Position numbers and translations under genes: made by a program. Shown here piece after piece: positions 61,644-64,000 of a DNA stretch of 64,000 nt (position 1 is the stretch's first letter; each line of letters begins with the position of its first letter). The stretch comes from Leptolyngbyaceae cyanobacterium. Lineage in GTDB: Bacteria; Cyanobacteriota; Cyanobacteriia; Phormidesmidales; Phormidesmidaceae. The notes below the pieces were generated by a model that had not been told where the DNA came from, did no database searches, and saw only the letters and a list, made by a program, of their open reading frames with translations. The DNA lies in assembly GCA_965263355.1 (NCBI GenBank), contig CBDHHL010000048.1:230017-294016 (forward strand), written 5' to 3'.

Positions 61644-62072
61644 ATGACAGACCCTTTAACGGCAGCATCAATTGCAACGCTCATCTTTACGACAGCGGTT
61701 GGCAAGCTTACTGAAGCGTTGACTGAGGATGCACGTAAGCAACTAGGTCAAAAGTTACAGGCCTTGAAACAGCTCATTGGTAATAAGTTTCAAGGTAAGG
61801 CTAAATCGGCGCTAGCCAGTGCTGAAACAGGTGACAAGCAGGCTATTGATAGGTTTTCCAACCATCTGGGTGTAGCGATGGATCTTGATGATGAGTTTGA
61901 CCAGCAGGTGAGGACACTGGCGCAGGATATCCAACAGATGCTCATCAGCATCGATCAGTCGCAAGGGCAAAATATTCAGAATGTATTTGACGGTGGCAAA
62001 GGAACCCAGGTAAATCACTCGACGGGAACTACGATCACGGGTGACAACAATACAATCCACGTTGGCCCTTGA
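61644..62072 (+). CDS. Bell-like helical protein with C-terminal N/Q/G/T-rich amyloid-like motif
   Basis: MTDPLTAASIATLIF hydrophobic first helix, helical body, tail QGQNIQNVFDGGKGTQVNHSTGTTITGDNNTIHVG; directly upstream of an NB-ARC gene. Confidence 0.65.
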   Translation: MTDPLTAASIATLIFTTAVGKLTEALTEDARKQLGQKLQALKQLIGNKFQGKAKSALASAETGDKQAIDRFSNHLGVAMDLDDEFDQQVRTLAQDIQQMLISIDQSQGQNIQNVFDGGKGTQVNHSTGTTITGDNNTIHVGP

Positions 62073-62108
62073 CCAGAGTCGCCGAGTGCAGGCTCGTCAA
62101 AGTCAACC

Positions 62109-64000
62109 TTGCAAAGGGGGGTACCCCGTCAGGCAGAAAAGCTGCCCCCTAACTACATCCCTCGGCCAAGGCCGTTTAATGCGGTCAAGACTCTTCTACT
62201 AAATGGCACAGACACCGCCACCAGTACCCTGGTGGTGAGCGCTATTTATGGTTTAGGCGGCATTGGTAAATCAGTCTTAGCCGCTGCCCTCGCTGCCGAT
62301 ATCGAGATTCAAGAGCGATTCCCTGACGGCACTCTCTGGATCACCCCTCGGGCAAAACCCTGACCTACTGCCGATGCTGGGCAGCTGGATCCAGGCACTG
62401 GGGGACTATAAATATCAGCCGCTAACACCGGATGCAGCGTCATCCCATCTGCGGACTCTGCTCTACGACCGTCAGATGCTGCTGATCGTCGATGATGTCT
62501 GGAATCCGGCCCATCTGGAACCGTTTCGGGTGGGCAATCAGAATAGCTGTGTCCTGGTCACCACGCGGGGGGCTCCGATTTCTGGGGCGAAAAAGTATGA
62601 CCTGGATGTGATGACGCCAGACCAGGCGATGGAGCTACTCACACACCAGCTCTCAACGCCACTCACCCCAGAAGACCAGCAGCTGGCCGCTGCCTTTGCC
62701 AAACGGGTGGGCTATTTACCCCTGGCGTTAGAGCTGGCCACCGCTCAAATTGAAGAAGACCTGTCTTGGGACGAACTACTCACCGACTACCAGACTGAGG
62801 TAGAACGCTTGGACGTCCTTGATAAGGTGTGTAAAGACGACATCCCCGACGATGAAATTCGACGAAAGTATAGCCTGATTGCCTGCTTTAATCTCAGTCT
62901 CAAAAGTCTCACCCCAGACCAACAAACTTACTTTGCTTGGCTGGGAGTGCTGCCTGAGGATGCTGATATTACCAAGCGTATGGCAAAGACCCTCTGGCAA
63001 CTCACAGCGCGGCAGGCGGGCAATGTATTAAAGGCATTTCGCACTAAAGGACTGCTTAAAGGAGAACGACCCACTTACCGACTCCATGACTTGATGCATG
63101 ATCTGGCTGTGCAGCTATTAAGGGGGCCTGTACACCCCGATGGAGAGGCCTTAAAAGGGTTAGGTAAACCCTTGCCCGATGCCCATCAGCACTTATTAGC
63201 ACTCTATCAACAACAAACCAATAATCACCAATGGCACACCCTGGAGGATGACGGTCACATCTATGACTATCTCACCTGGCACATAGAACAATCTGAGTGT
63301 CCACACCTCATCCATCAACTCTTTCAAGAAACCACTGATAAGGGGCGTAATGGCTGGTACGAAGCCTGTGAGCGTGTTGGTAAACCCGGTCTCTTTGCCA
63401 GCGATTTGGCCCGTGCATGGCAACTCACGCTCAACACCCCATTAACGGCCAACGACATTATTCCCCTACAGGTCCGCTATGCCTTTATTCGGGCGTCTCT
63501 GAATAGTCTGGCCGACAATATTCCGGCCCCGATGGTCAGTGGTTTACTGAAAGTCGGCCTATGGCAACCGGCCCAGGCCCTAGCCTATGCGCAACAAACC
63601 TACAATCCCTGGCGACGGGCTGAATATCTCATGGCGTTGGTGCCCCATATGCCTCGGGCGCTATTGCCTGAAGTTTTGGCACTGTTAGAACAGATTAATT
63701 CTCCGGCCTATACCAGTATTGTTTTATCGAAACTTGCCCCCGACTTTCCTGAATTATGGCCCAGGGTGCTAGAAACCATTGCCCAGATTCGTGATGTGAT
63801 CGGTGACTTCAACAGATCCAGAGCAAAGGGGTTTTCCTATCGGGCCTTGGCATTAACTAAAATACTCTCTGATTTACCCGCTAACTATCTTCCCGACGCT
63901 ATCGAGATCACACGAACCATTCAATCTGACTATGACCGCGCCAGAGCCCTGAGTGCGATGGCCCAACACCTGCCTGAACTCTGGGAGCAAGCCATCGACA
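62109..64000 (+). CDS. NB-ARC (STAND) NLR-like protein with helical repeats; +1 frameshift near 62345; truncated by the window end
   Basis: Walker A GLGGIGKS. After removing one C from the C4 run the frame continues WITLGQNP...LLIVDDVW (Walker B), VLVTTR, GYLPLAL, YRLHDLMHD and stays open to 64000. Confidence 0.88.

Larger units (their letters stand above)
37254..64000. mobile_element. tRNA-Pro-integrated element (prophage-like or integrated plasmid); right end not located
   Basis: Integrase next to a tRNA 3' end, primase-type replicase, XRE regulators, orphan genes and defence-like cargo; I saw no duplicate of the tRNA 3' end (attR) in the window. Confidence 0.8.

Noticed and set aside
37225..64000. 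attR duplicate of the tRNA-Pro 3' end
   Set aside because: I saw no copy of GGTTCAAATCCCGCCGCTCCGA by eye, so the right boundary is not called. An exact search including downstream sequence is needed.

Overview
Cyanobacterial chromosome segment, probably from a filamentous Leptolyngbya-like lineage (photosystem I genes, frequent HIP1 GCGATCGC octamers in the left half). Bases 1-37,253 are core genome: tkt, fabF, acpP, psaC, ftsX, def, argC, psaA-psaB-psaL-psaI, sipA, tRNA-Lys, fbaA, rpoZ and tRNA-Pro, plus signalling and cell-wall genes. A tyrosine-integrase element begins right after tRNA-Pro(GGG), and I did not find its right end in the window. It has four parts: (i) an integrase / primase-type replicase / twin XRE-HTH module; (ii) a Trypco-trypsin/VMAP-MoxR-vWA conflict operon coupled to a complete diversity-generating retroelement (RT, Avd, one template repeat, three adenine-mutated variable repeats); (iii) a block of orphan genes that looks like the structural module of a tailless prophage; (iv) a Bell-like/amyloid-motif gene in frame with an NB-ARC (NLR-like) gene. 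The most novel inferences are a possible three-headed hypervariable receptor assembled by beta-strand complementation, and a possible stop-readthrough link between the amyloid effector and the NLR. Eight single-base indels fall inside the element and may be sequencing artefacts. Family assignments come from motif recognition by eye; no database searches were run.
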